Virus record (IMG/VR): IMGVR_UViG_3300024503_000015
Location: 206,182-270,181 of that record
Strand: one strand, 5' to 3'
DNA length: 64,000 nucleotides
The notes below the pieces were generated by a model. That model was given only the letters and a program-made list of their open reading frames with translations, did not search any database and had not been told where the DNA came from. Shown piece after piece: positions 47,595 through 57,361 of this stretch. The position numbers were made by a program, and so were the translations under genes. Position 1 is the stretch's first letter, and each line of letters starts with the position of its first letter.

Positions 47595-48388
47595 TGTGTT
47601 ACCTTAAGAGCGGCATCGACTGCGGCCTTAACAGCGGCATCCAACTGCTCTTGTGTGTAGGCTTCATCCTGGACAGGTGCTTTGAAAGCATCGTCTGGAT
47701 GTACGCCCAATTCACCAATAACTTCGTAGCGGCAAGCACGACCCTTAGACGCATTGTAGTCAGTAGGAATGCTTACAACATCACGTGGATTGATCTTAAG
47801 GATCACTGTACGTTCACCACCAAAGTGGTCCAAGTACTCACGTGAGCAGAAGTGCAGACCAGAACTACAAGTGTTTTCGGCCTTGTCGTCAACTTGGTTG
47901 CGCTCCATTTCAACAATCTGTCCAACAGAGTTATCCATTGTACCACTGTGGCAATCCTTATAGTCCTTACGAACTTTCTTGTATGCCAAGAAGTGACCGT
48001 CATTGGTAATTGGCAAATTACCCTTTTCCAAAAACTTGTACAGTTCTGTAACAGCACGATGACTTGGGTTGCTCATCAAGTTCTCCATAAACTGAACCAT
48101 AGGCTCAATTGGGAAACCATCTTGGTACATAGAAATAATTCTATCTGCCAATGTGTTGTGGAACTCTTGTCCCTTCCAGTAGAACTTGTCTCCTTGGATA
48201 GCGATGTTACCAGCACCATATTCGAGCACAATTTTCTTTGGCTCAATTACTTCCTGTACTGTGTCCCAGTCACCTGTCTTAATTGCTTCTTTGACTTTCT
48301 CATAGGCAATATGAGTAGAAGTAATTGTATGTGGATTGTTGTTAATTACAACAACAATATTTTTGCCTTGAATCAAATATGGAAACAT
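47591..48388 (-). CDS. rIIB: rIIB-like protein
   Basis: NPS, LPIT.DG.FLAYK, CSSGLH, INPRDVVSIP, GRACRY. Confidence 0.85.
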   Translation of the reverse strand: MFPYLIQGKNIVVVINNNPHTITSTHIAYEKVKEAIKTGDWDTVQEVIEPKKIVLEYGAGNIAIQGDKFYWKGQEFHNTLADRIISMYQDGFPIEPMVQFMENLMSNPSHRAVTELYKFLEKGNLPITNDGHFLAYKKVRKDYKDCHSGTMDNSVGQIVEMERNQVDDKAENTCSSGLHFCSREYLDHFGGERTVILKINPRDVVSIPTDYNASKGRACRYEVIGELGVHPDDAFKAPVQDEAYTQEQLDAAVKAAVDAALKVTQ

Positions 48389-48389
48389 T

Positions 48390-50552
48390 TTAAACACCTT
48401 TCTGTGTGTCAATCAAATTAACGTACTCAGCAACTTCATGATTTGGCGCACTACGCAAGTATGCCAACAACGGATAACGCTTACTAATGGTTGCACATTC
48501 ATCAGTAAACTTCTGCACTTGAGCTTCTGGACTAAAGGTTACACCAGGAGCATAACGATTGCACAAACGCTTCAAACTTTGTTCACTGTACTTAATCTTT
48601 TCATAGCCCTTGAACTGTTTTACCAATTCAACATACGGACTATTTTTGTTAGTAACATTAAACATGATGCTTTCATTATACTGCAACAGGTTGAAATTGT
48701 CAACAGCCTGCAATACCAAACTCATAACAAGTTTATTATCAATTGGCTTGCTCAAAACACTAACAATGTGCTCTTCAATGTTGACCCAATTCTTTTGAGT
48801 CTTAATAAACTCAATGTCGCCTTTACGCACACCGTAGATTGTAGTCTTCAAACCAGTTAAACCACAGTCTTTCAAATCGTTGTAAAACTCTTTGACGTTG
48901 CTCATACCATACTTACTTTGAACTTCAAAACCGCTCAAAGGCAAGTAGTAGTAAGTAGTAGCATCATCAAAACTGTCAGCCTTACCAGCATCACGCCAAA
49001 CCATTTCGCGTTCACGATAGTAGCCACCTGTGCCACGTTCTTGCAAACACAAGATTGTAACGTTCTTTGCCAAACCAACTTGACGTTCTTTCTTCGACAA
49101 CGAACTGGCTTTTACAATACGATCCTCTGGAGGATTAGCAATAGCCTTAAAGAACGCCTTAGTGTTCATGACTTTGTCTTTGTTTAATTTATCTAAGACA
49201 AAGACTGTAGCACTATTGTCTGGCTTAGTTTCACGATAGTGGAACTTGGCACGTTCAAGGGCACCGATATTGGTATCATTAACGATAAACTGTACACGGT
49301 CCTCTACAGTAATGCCCCAGTAGGCAAACATATCGTAATGCCCTTGAGCGTTCTTGTTATCACTGTATTGTGTGTCAGCCTTACGGTTAGGATATGCCTT
49401 AGTGTGCTTGGCATAGTTAAAACCTCTGATAACGATGTTGTATTTCTTAGCAAGATCTTCAACACCCATTTTGAAAGTCTTAGTACCGCCGTAACGGCTG
49501 TCATCGAATGTAGACAGGTTAGTGTCTGCTACATACTTCTTAACCGCCGCTTGCCACAAACCATTATGATACTTCTTAGTCAAGAAGATAGCACGATCCC
49601 ACAGGTTAGGAATAGCATCTGCTTCTTTGGCTACGTGAACAGCCAACTGAGCATTTACTGCCTCTAACTTGCGCTTGATGGCATCTACAGTCTGAGGAAT
49701 GTATGACAAACCTTCACGGCTTGCTTGGAAGTCTAATTCGCCAATAGCAAAGTGCATTTCCAAACCACAGTTCAACAACAGGCGCAATTCGCCCATAGCC
49801 TGTTCTGTGTTAGGAACATCTATAGGATAGGCAATATTGCCCATGATGGCTACAGCACGACGGTGTCCGTCTGTGTATGAGTGAACGCCTGGAATGATAT
49901 CCTTAGCATCATATTCTACATCACGGAAACGGAAGTCGCTGACACCGCTGATAACTGGGCGCAGAGCAAAATAAGTGTAGACATATCGTGCTTCTTCTTG
50001 GAACTTACTAAAGTCCCAACGGTCACTGACTGAGAATTTAACTTCGACACCGTCGGGTTCGCTGGTTTGTTCTTCACCCATCTTGGCAATACTAGGCACA
50101 CCTGCTTCGTTAATAAAAGCAGAGTAAACACCTTTAACGCCGTCTTTGATTGCGGTTACCGTGAAGTTATCTGTATAACTAAAAGGACTCTTAGAACCCA
50201 AACCTAATGCGCCGATAAAATCGTTGCTGTTGGTCTTAGTACTTTCAAAGTATGTGGTATAGATGTTTGTAACTTGTTCGTGGCTCAAACCAGTACCATA
50301 GTCACGAATACTAAACCAAGGTTCCAATTGGTTGGGCAAGTGTACATCAAAAGGAGTATCTTGTTTGCCTGCGGCAGTATGGCTATCTACTGCGTTACAA
50401 CTCAGTTCACGGATGATAGCACGGATCTTGTTAGCATACAAGCCTGAACTCAAAATGTTAAATGCCTTAGCAGAGTTGCGAATACGGAACTCGCCCACTT
50501 CACTTACATTACTCAAAATTGCTTCGTTTTGCGGAGCATTGTTAATAATCAT
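48390..50552 (-). CDS. rIIA: rIIA-like protein (N-terminal GHKL fold)
   Basis: LYANKIRAIIRELSCNA.DSH, RDYGTG, GLGSKSPF; promoter at 50593-50621. Confidence 0.88.
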   Translation of the reverse strand: MIINNAPQNEAILSNVSEVGEFRIRNSAKAFNILSSGLYANKIRAIIRELSCNAVDSHTAAGKQDTPFDVHLPNQLEPWFSIRDYGTGLSHEQVTNIYTTYFESTKTNSNDFIGALGLGSKSPFSYTDNFTVTAIKDGVKGVYSAFINEAGVPSIAKMGEEQTSEPDGVEVKFSVSDRWDFSKFQEEARYVYTYFALRPVISGVSDFRFRDVEYDAKDIIPGVHSYTDGHRRAVAIMGNIAYPIDVPNTEQAMGELRLLLNCGLEMHFAIGELDFQASREGLSYIPQTVDAIKRKLEAVNAQLAVHVAKEADAIPNLWDRAIFLTKKYHNGLWQAAVKKYVADTNLSTFDDSRYGGTKTFKMGVEDLAKKYNIVIRGFNYAKHTKAYPNRKADTQYSDNKNAQGHYDMFAYWGITVEDRVQFIVNDTNIGALERAKFHYRETKPDNSATVFVLDKLNKDKVMNTKAFFKAIANPPEDRIVKASSLSKKERQVGLAKNVTILCLQERGTGGYYREREMVWRDAGKADSFDDATTYYYLPLSGFEVQSKYGMSNVKEFYNDLKDCGLTGLKTTIYGVRKGDIEFIKTQKNWVNIEEHIVSVLSKPIDNKLVMSLVLQAVDNFNLLQYNESIMFNVTNKNSPYVELVKQFKGYEKIKYSEQSLKRLCNRYAPGVTFSPEAQVQKFTDECATISKRYPLLAYLRSAPNHEVAEYVNLIDTQKGV

Positions 50553-50660
50553 CTTTAGCCTTTCTGCGCCTAGTTGTTTACTGTATGTGTATATTATAGC
50601 AAATGAACTGTGGTCTGTCAACTGTCGATGAGTCCAAAATATGAACCCATCGACACAAGA

Positions 50661-50852
50661 TTAACCAATTTGATCTATGCGGGCTCTCCAATAGATCTCA
50701 TAAGTGCCTTGATTACAGGCTTCTGCGTAGGTTTCGGCCTCTTCGCGGGTAGTGAAGAATTTGGTTTCTTCTGGGCAAGGACGCTGTCCCCATCCTGCTT
50801 CGTACTCAGTTACGGTGACTTTGTACAGGGTGCTAACTCTAACTTCGGACAT
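50661..50852 (-). CDS. Hypothetical protein
   Basis: SD AAGGAG; EYEAGWGQR. Confidence 0.65.
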   Translation of the reverse strand: MSEVRVSTLYKVTVTEYEAGWGQRPCPEETKFFTTREEAETYAEACNQGTYEIYWRARIDQIG

Positions 50853-50947
50853 TTTGGGCTCCTTTCTTACTAGGCTTTTAGTATAAGCGATCTAGTAAGA
50901 AATGTCAATCGTAAAAAAGGTGTTGTATTTCTACAACACCCTTGCGC

Positions 50948-52027
50948 TTAAAAAGCGTCCCAGTAAGAGTAAGTCTTCTCTTTAACTTTGGTAAGGATAA
51001 GGCTTGCACCTTCCTTGTTAGTGAACACGTACTTGGTACCATTGTCATCAATCTTCTTCAACTCGTCCGGAGTGAATCGGATACCCTGCCAATCCCAATC
51101 TTCGTCACCAGTTTCTTCGTCACGTTCAATAACCTTGTAAGAAATGTTGACATTCTTGTTAAGAGGATTGCCTTCCCATTCCTTGTCTTCAAAATTGTTT
51201 TCTTTGACTTCTTCGCCATTGATAACCAACTTGATTGCATAACGAGAAGTCGAACCGTATTCTGGTTTGGCATTCAGCATAGTCATTGCTTCCTGCGGAG
51301 TTTCGTCGAAACGATTCATTTCTTCAACCAATGCCTTCAGCATGTCAAAGTTGAATTGGTCAAACGTACCAGCAATACCTACAATCTTTTCAATGTGTTC
51401 TTTGTTTTGAAGATTGTCCATGCAGTATTCACGAATGAAGTCTGCATCCAAGCCCTTATACTCAAGGCTGTAATAAACACGACCAGGACGATTACGCATA
51501 TGGCTATTAACACGCCATTTGTCGTTACAAGTAAGCACAAACAACTTTTTGGTTGGGTACACACCGTCCAGCAGAGTCAGCATCTGTTCTTGCTCGTGTT
51601 CATCATAGACTTTTTCAAATTCATCAAACACTACAATTACAGGTTGTTCAATACTTTGAATGAACGCATTGAATTGGTCTCCACACCAAGGAGCATTGAT
51701 TACAATAGTAGGAATACCTTTGTCATATCCCTTGACAGAAAGCATCTTAGCCAATAGTGTTTTGCCAGAACCTTTTTCACCAGTAAGCATTACGCCAGTA
51801 GTACTGGGACGATCCTCAAACGCATAAAGAATACGGTCGGCACGTTTGTTTGTATCGCCGTAAATCTTGCCTTTGATTTCGAACTTGTCAATTGTTTCAA
51901 GAAACAACTGCCCAGACATCTCGTCCTTTTTAACGACATAGTTACCAGCCGGCAACTTCTCTTGAATATCAAGTGCTTCTTTTTTGGATACTCGGTAAGT
52001 GCTACCTTGCTTTAGGAAATAGGTCAT
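50948..52027 (-). CDS. AAA ATPase
   Basis: GEKGSGKT, FDEFEK, NRPGR; promoter at 52064-52092. Confidence 0.9.
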   Translation of the reverse strand: MTYFLKQGSTYRVSKKEALDIQEKLPAGNYVVKKDEMSGQLFLETIDKFEIKGKIYGDTNKRADRILYAFEDRPSTTGVMLTGEKGSGKTLLAKMLSVKGYDKGIPTIVINAPWCGDQFNAFIQSIEQPVIVVFDEFEKVYDEHEQEQMLTLLDGVYPTKKLFVLTCNDKWRVNSHMRNRPGRVYYSLEYKGLDADFIREYCMDNLQNKEHIEKIVGIAGTFDQFNFDMLKALVEEMNRFDETPQEAMTMLNAKPEYGSTSRYAIKLVINGEEVKENNFEDKEWEGNPLNKNVNISYKVIERDEETGDEDWDWQGIRFTPDELKKIDDNGTKYVFTNKEGASLILTKVKEKTYSYWDAF

Positions 52028-52130
52028 GTGATCTTTCTATGAAATAAAACTGCGATACTGTGTATTATAGGCTCGGACAGGGCATCTGTCAATGTGTTTG
52101 GTAAAATAAAAAAGGGCCCGAAGGCCCTTT

Positions 52131-52460
52131 GGTTGTTTGGGTTACAAGGTAAGTCCTACCCCGGAGTTGCAGTTTCTTAGGCTGCTACTAGACCATTGTC
52201 GGCTGTGAAGCCTTCAACAGTGAAGTACTCAAATGTAGATGCGTTTGCATTTACTAGTTTTGCTTGATTTACGGTCATCGCCTACCGTGTTGCCGTCTCT
52301 ACTATCTACCCCTGTCGAAACCATGGCAGGCCCATCATAAAAACACAATACCAAAGTAAATTTACAATGAATACCAAAGTAAATTTATGTCCTTATGGTG
52401 GACCTGGCGGGAGTCGAACCCGCGTCCAGAAGTCCTTCGCTTTGAAGGGATTACAACAAT
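52131..52460 (-). ncRNA. ssrA: Two-piece (circularly permuted) tmRNA
   Basis: Acceptor piece ...GGGTTCGACTCCCGCCAGGTCCACCA (ends 52396) precedes coding piece GGGCCTG...TTCGAC (starts 52333). Tag ANASTFEYFTVEGFTADNGLVAA* at 52177-52248. Terminator follows. Confidence 0.9.
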
Positions 52461-52463
52461 TCT

Positions 52464-53042
52464 TTAAACGCCTGCCTTTGCTAATGTGCCAAATATCCAA
52501 GGTTTTGGATCTAAGTCAATTGTCCAAGATGTCGGTTCATTTCTCATATCTTTTTTGTACACAATATTTATTTGGTCGTGTGTTAGTTTGACTAAGAAGC
52601 CGTCTGTTAATTGTTTTAGATTAGCCTTAACTGTTGCGTAATCTACAAAGGCAACAGCGAATGTTCCTTTAATTTGGACTATCATTAAATGATTAAAAAC
52701 TTTGTCTAGTGTAGTTCTTTGATTCTTACTTTCGTAAACATTTTTTAATTTAAGACTGATTGTCTTTTTAGGAGTTCCTGACTTTGCGTAGAACAAAGGT
52801 TCGTTGCCAGTTTTAACTTCTACGTCGCCATTGGTCCAATCGGTAAATTTTATATCGTAATCGCGAACGTCAGTCCACTCGATGTTCTTTTTATGATTAG
52901 ATAATTGCATTGCCGCAATAATGAATTTTTCTTTCATCATTCGATTTGTGGATTCATTTAATACTGTCTGATGACAGATGTTATTACAAGCATCTGAAAA
53001 CTTGTCAATATCTACCCAATCTAAAAATTCATTGTACTGCAT
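52464..53042 (-). CDS. Possible PD-(D/E)XK nuclease-like protein
   Basis: YD...DVEVKT; AT-rich. Confidence 0.5.
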   Translation of the reverse strand: MQYNEFLDWVDIDKFSDACNNICHQTVLNESTNRMMKEKFIIAAMQLSNHKKNIEWTDVRDYDIKFTDWTNGDVEVKTGNEPLFYAKSGTPKKTISLKLKNVYESKNQRTTLDKVFNHLMIVQIKGTFAVAFVDYATVKANLKQLTDGFLVKLTHDQINIVYKKDMRNEPTSWTIDLDPKPWIFGTLAKAGV

Positions 53043-53044
53043 TG

Positions 53045-53140
53045 TTATTCGCCATCTGGAAATTTATCGTGCCAGTCCATGATCCACCAAATGACCCAAC
53101 CGACCACTGCGGCGATAATTAACCAGAACAGCAACGTCAT
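53045..53140 (-). CDS. 31-aa membrane peptide (not in ORF track)
   Basis: ATGA overlap; one TM helix. Confidence 0.5.
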   Translation of the reverse strand: MTLLFWLIIAAVVGWVIWWIMDWHDKFPDGE

Positions 53141-53322
53141 AATAAATCTAAGTCCTTCTTAAATTTTTCAATTTCATCTTTAAGATGTAATTTTTCTTTT
53201 TTAAGATTACTTACTGCTTTGTCGTCTTGGTATCTATTAAACTCTTCTTGAATTAAACGATCCAATTCGTCGTGCTTCTTTTGTAAATGCTTAATGTGGT
53301 GTTGAATTTTTTCACGATCCAT
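53137..53322 (-). CDS. DUF465/YdcH-like protein
   Basis: H.ELD..I...LKKEKLHLKDEI. Confidence 0.75.
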   Translation of the reverse strand: MDREKIQHHIKHLQKKHDELDRLIQEEFNRYQDDKAVSNLKKEKLHLKDEIEKFKKDLDLL

Positions 53323-53521
53323 TGCTACTCCTATTCATTGCATTTCTAATTATATCAAGTTCGCTTTTTAAACGACTGCGTTCTCGATTTATATACTCAA
53401 CGCTTTCCTGTAACAGTCGAACCTGCTCTTGAAGTTGTCGAACCTGTTGCTCCAGCGGAAGAAGATTTGGATCTTTTTCATGTACATGAATCTTTACTTC
53501 TTCACTGTATGCTGGAATCAT
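53312..53521 (-). CDS. Coiled-coil hypothetical protein
   Basis: Heptad pattern. Confidence 0.6.
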   Translation of the reverse strand: MIPAYSEEVKIHVHEKDPNLLPLEQQVRQLQEQVRLLQESVEYINRERSRLKSELDIIRNAMNRSSNGS

Positions 53522-53901
53522 TGTGCTACTTCCTCTTTTGCTGGCTCTTCTGCCGGTGCTTCTGTATTTACTTCAGGCTTAGGAGCTCTTGCTTCAAATC
53601 CACTGAGTAAGTTGGCTCTTGCAGTTTGGACTATTGTATCTAATTCTGCATCACTAACACGACCTCTAGTAAATTCTTTTAGTACATCAGCAAAGGCCGC
53701 CCCAACTACTGCGGCAATATCTGCTACTGTACCAATTGGCTTGCCTTCATTATGTTTTACTAATACTGCGGTTCTGCCATAGATGAAATGCTGAATGTCG
53801 CGATCCAATGTTACTAGTACATCTGGTGTAGGATCGTTCATTAACTCCTTGAGCATATGAGCGAATGTTGCTACATCGCGTTTGATTTCTTTTTTATCCA
53901 T
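53518..53901 (-). CDS. Hypothetical protein
   Basis: Coupled ORF. Confidence 0.6.
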   Translation of the reverse strand: MDKKEIKRDVATFAHMLKELMNDPTPDVLVTLDRDIQHFIYGRTAVLVKHNEGKPIGTVADIAAVVGAAFADVLKEFTRGRVSDAELDTIVQTARANLLSGFEARAPKPEVNTEAPAEEPAKEEVAQ

Positions 53902-54101
53902 TACTTACCTGCGGATTCTTTACGTTCGTTCTTTACTGCGGTTACATCGTTACGAACTTCTTTACATAGTTTGGCTAACTCTTGTAAGTGCTTGCGAACA
54001 CGAGTACCTGCGGCATTAACACCCTTGTCATAGAACTTTTCAAAGTCACCTTCTGCGGCTTCGATTAGTTTTGAAAAATCTTGAAATCTGTTTGTTGCCA
54101 T
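53901..54101 (-). CDS. Histone H1-like (Hc1-type) small protein
   Basis: D.EKFYDKGVNAAGTRVRK.LQEL; SD AAGGAG. Confidence 0.75.
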   Translation of the reverse strand: MATNRFQDFSKLIEAAEGDFEKFYDKGVNAAGTRVRKHLQELAKLCKEVRNDVTAVKNERKESAGK

Positions 54102-54291
54102 AATGTTTCTCCTTGTTATTATGTTTATTACTTTTAGCCAACTTGGCTGGGCTTTTCTGGCCGTGTAGTACAGAATTGACACTCTGGATCCTTGCACGGT
54201 TCTTCTAGCCACTTATTACACAACTCGCAAAAATACGCATCGTACTTGTTGCTATATTGTTTCTCACTTTCACAGACAGGACACTTATAAC

Positions 54292-55128
54292 TTATGTCCA
54301 TAATCCGTGCCTCACTTTGATTAGGCGAATCATCATAGCCTCATCTTCTTTTTCATAGTCTGCTTCGATTTTACGAAGTAACTTGTGTGCTTTATCGCTC
54401 ATCTTTCTAAGTTCAGGAGTCTTGTCATTACTGAAACTTAATTTGCCACCGTTGGCTAAACGTGCGGCTTCACAGTAAGCAGTCCAGCCACTTGCTTCCA
54501 TCGGCTCTGGACGATTACGATATACCTGTGTCCACCATGTGTACAAGTCTAAGATTTCCTGCGCTTTGACTGCCTGCGGAGTAAGTTCGCCAAGGTTCTT
54601 ACTGTCTGGTCCAACTTCGTCTTCTTTCCAACGTAGATTACGTTGCCATTCAAGGTTGTCAAGTCCGGCTTGAGGACAACGCCAAGTGCGCCATCTGAAC
54701 CAACCAGTAGCCCAAAACGGTGCTTTGTATTTTTCTCTTTCACTCTTGTCACTCCATGCTATGTGCCACCAGGCTAGTTCAACCTCGACAAAATCTTGAA
54801 GTTCATTAAAGAGACAAGGTAAAAAACGATTACCAACATCGTGCCAATCACCGGGCTTGATATCACGAGGATGAGCGGTAAGGGCATGAGTTTTAGTAAC
54901 CCAACGGTTGTTAATGTAATATTTGAGAGCATGTAGTTTATCCGGAATAAAAAATACAACTGTTTGTAAATGATCCAATCCTTCTTCTGCTAACCACCAA
55001 CGGATAGGATACGCGGCTTTAGCACGAGATTCCCACTCGTCCCACTCTTCGCTAGTCCCACACTTTAGTTTAGTAGTACCACGAAGCCAATCTGCAAATT
55101 TTGAACAAGTCCAATAATGATTACGCAT
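54292..55128 (-). CDS. Conserved hypothetical phage protein
   Basis: Trp-rich; EILDLY.WW...RP, RLIKVR..LWT. Confidence 0.75.
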   Translation of the reverse strand: MRNHYWTCSKFADWLRGTTKLKCGTSEEWDEWESRAKAAYPIRWWLAEEGLDHLQTVVFFIPDKLHALKYYINNRWVTKTHALTAHPRDIKPGDWHDVGNRFLPCLFNELQDFVEVELAWWHIAWSDKSEREKYKAPFWATGWFRWRTWRCPQAGLDNLEWQRNLRWKEDEVGPDSKNLGELTPQAVKAQEILDLYTWWTQVYRNRPEPMEASGWTAYCEAARLANGGKLSFSNDKTPELRKMSDKAHKLLRKIEADYEKEDEAMMIRLIKVRHGLWT

Positions 55129-55266
55129 TTTAATCTATCTTATCTATTCCGTAGAGTTGCATGAAGCCGACCTTGTACACCGAAAACTCTATTGCCTCAC
55201 TTAGTGTAGCAAACGTTCTCGATGAAAGTGTTCCAGCAGTCATGTAGTATCTTACCTTATACATCA

Positions 55267-55830
55267 CTATACTATATGATCCGCTACCCCAAAGTCAACC
55301 ACTTCTTGTGCAGTTAGGTAAACATCGCTGGCTGGTAGTAGTTTTGCTTTAACTCTACTTTTAACCAAGCCTGTTGTTTCGGTTAGAATTGTTATCATCT
55401 TTTCATTTAACAATTCGGTTTCTTTCATTTCTGCTTTTAGGTCGTGATACTTAGCATCCATTCCGGATGTAAATTGGTGACACATAAAACTAGTATTACT
55501 AGCCGCATAACGATGCTTTTTATCACCGCAGGCAAAAATTAAAAATGCCGCACTCATGACAGCACCAATTCCAATAGTTCTTACAATATGTGGACTGCTA
55601 CGCATTACATCAATTAACGCTAGAGCCTGATACAAATCTCCGCCCGTGCTGTTAATATACAAGGTCAAAGTTCTACCTTCGCCTTGTAAATTTTCATAGA
55701 GAATCCATTTGATGGCTTCGCCTACTGTATCTTCATCTATCTCTCCATTCAAATAAAAAGTAGAATTTTCCAGTAATCTAAGATCAATTCTATCTTCCGC
55801 ATTGAACTCATCAATTTTTTTCATTTTCAC
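55267..55830 (-). CDS. Second ClpP-family protease
   Basis: YINSTGG, MSAA, FMCHQ, DVYLTA. Confidence 0.85.
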   Translation of the reverse strand: MKMKKIDEFNAEDRIDLRLLENSTFYLNGEIDEDTVGEAIKWILYENLQGEGRTLTLYINSTGGDLYQALALIDVMRSSPHIVRTIGIGAVMSAAFLIFACGDKKHRYAASNTSFMCHQFTSGMDAKYHDLKAEMKETELLNEKMITILTETTGLVKSRVKAKLLPASDVYLTAQEVVDFGVADHIV

Positions 55831-56114
55831 TCCGGTATATATTGTCCAAAGCCGTTCTCTTGGAAGTGTGTGTATACGGCATCTTTATCTATTTCATCTA
55901 ATGCTTTTACTTCTTGTGCAAATGTATTAATGTTAATAGTTCCGTTTGAACTTTTAGAACTTTTTAACATTTGGAGTATATCTGCTAAATGGCCTAATCT
56001 TTCCAATCCAACATCTACTTCTCCATCTTCAAATAACTTGTATGCCCTTTCGGCATGGTCCGAGCAATACTCAAACATAGATGCTTCGAACTTCTGAACG
56101 TGTGCTTGTGACAT
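55827..56114 (-). CDS. Hypothetical protein
   Basis: SD AAGGA; own promoter. Confidence 0.6.
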   Translation of the reverse strand: MSQAHVQKFEASMFEYCSDHAERAYKLFEDGEVDVGLERLGHLADILQMLKSSKSSNGTININTFAQEVKALDEIDKDAVYTHFQENGFGQYIPE

Positions 56115-56220
56115 GATTCCTTACTTTATTAAGTGCTACTATTATAACACATTTATTTAACCTGTCAAATACTTATCTACTCAGTTAACATAAATACACG
56201 TATAAAGAGCGGAGCGTAAA

Positions 56221-56502
56221 ATGGGTGATATATTCAAAATAATTGGTGATTTGGGTATGCCGGTAGCGGCGGCATTGGCAGGTGGATACTTTGTTTACCT
56301 AACAATCAAATTACTACTACAAGGTGTTTTGGGAAGTATCAAAGGTATGGCCGGTATTATTACTGCGTTAGACAATCGTGTAAAAACAATGAACCACGAT
56401 GTTGTACGTATTGATACTATTGTGTCCAACGCATTAGGTTTACGCCCTGACGTAGATCGTATTGCTAGAGCAGATGGTAAGAACGATGCTAGACGAGACT
56501 AA
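56221..56502 (+). CDS. Membrane protein (possibly holin-like)
   Basis: N-terminal TM helix; TAAATA at 56191. Confidence 0.7.
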   Translation: MGDIFKIIGDLGMPVAAALAGGYFVYLTIKLLLQGVLGSIKGMAGIITALDNRVKTMNHDVVRIDTIVSNALGLRPDVDRIARADGKNDARRD

Positions 56503-56656
56503 TACAAAATTACAAGATGCAATTATAACGTTGCATGACATAGCCAGACTAATTGAACAAGAAGTTGGCCGAGGTAACCTTAGTGACGATATTAGAAACT
56601 GTGCTAATAGAGTCAATGTATTGATTAAGGAAAGAGTCGAAAATGCTGTATGTTGA
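56486..56656 (+). CDS. Hypothetical protein
   Basis: Overlapping ORF chain. Confidence 0.55.
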   Translation: MLDETNTKLQDAIITLHDIARLIEQEVGRGNLSDDIRNCANRVNVLIKERVENAVC

Positions 56657-56840
56657 TTACAGTTGGGATTTAAATCCTAGCGGTATCATATTCGATGAAG
56701 AACTTGATATTGATAAGTTAGGTTGGAAGCACGGCGATTGCTTTAGAATTACCAACGTTAATGGTAAGGCAATGCTGGTTAAAATGCACCCAGTAGAGCA
56801 ATTTGTAAAAGGATACCCAGTAAATGTTCAAGAAGAATAA
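56643..56840 (+). CDS. Hypothetical protein (AbrB-like LGWKHGD)
   Basis: ORF chain. Confidence 0.55.
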   Translation: MLYVDYSWDLNPSGIIFDEELDIDKLGWKHGDCFRITNVNGKAMLVKMHPVEQFVKGYPVNVQEE

Positions 56841-56982
56841 ATGGCAGTTGTGGTATGATGCACAACCCCAACACATCAAAGATTGGATGGATCAGCCAAG
56901 AGCAATTTGGTATGACAGCGATATGTGGAAGGCTGGCATTACTGGATTAGTTGTTGGTTTAATAATAGGGATGATTATATAA
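56824..56982 (+). CDS. Small membrane protein (not in ORF track)
   Basis: 52 aa, C-terminal TM helix, TAATG coupling. Confidence 0.55.
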   Translation: MFKKNKWQLWYDAQPQHIKDWMDQPRAIWYDSDMWKAGITGLVVGLIIGMII

Positions 56983-57359
56983 TGGATGTCGTAGAGTTAG
57001 TCAATAAGTATGGGTTTCCAATCGTTATGGCGGTTGGTATGGGTTTCATTATCAAATACGTTTGGGAATGGGCCACAAAAGAAGTTAAGCCAGTTATCAG
57101 CGATGCTAATACTGTGTTGATTGCTCTTATCGACCGTATCCGTATGCTAGACAATGACTTGATTCGTCTTAACCAAAAAGTTAATACAGTCTTACACCTA
57201 CGTGGTAAGATGATTGAATCGGATCGTGTTATGGAAACTGCACTTGTAGAAGCACAGGCTAACAAGAAGTTCCACGAAGCAATGGAAGAAGCAGACAAGA
57301 TTGGCGCAAAGAAAGTTGACCCGGACGATAAAAAGACTGCGGCCGCTGGCGAGAGTTAA
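56982..57359 (+). CDS. Membrane protein, paralog-like to 56221..56502
   Basis: YGFPIVMAVGMG...LIDRIRMLDNDLIRL vs LGMPVAAALAGG...LDNRVKTMNHDVVRI. Confidence 0.7.
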   Translation: MDVVELVNKYGFPIVMAVGMGFIIKYVWEWATKEVKPVISDANTVLIALIDRIRMLDNDLIRLNQKVNTVLHLRGKMIESDRVMETALVEAQANKKFHEAMEEADKIGAKKVDPDDKKTAAAGES

Positions 57360-57361
57360 TA

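Noticed and set aside
50942-51757. 271-aa plus-strand ORF and similar shadow ORFs (47852, 11609, 33143)
   Set aside because: Antisense to well-supported genes, with no motifs or SD.
52347-52387. 18-nt direct repeat as a mini-CRISPR
   Set aside because: Only two copies, 5 nt apart, inside the tmRNA intervening segment; no cas genes in the window.
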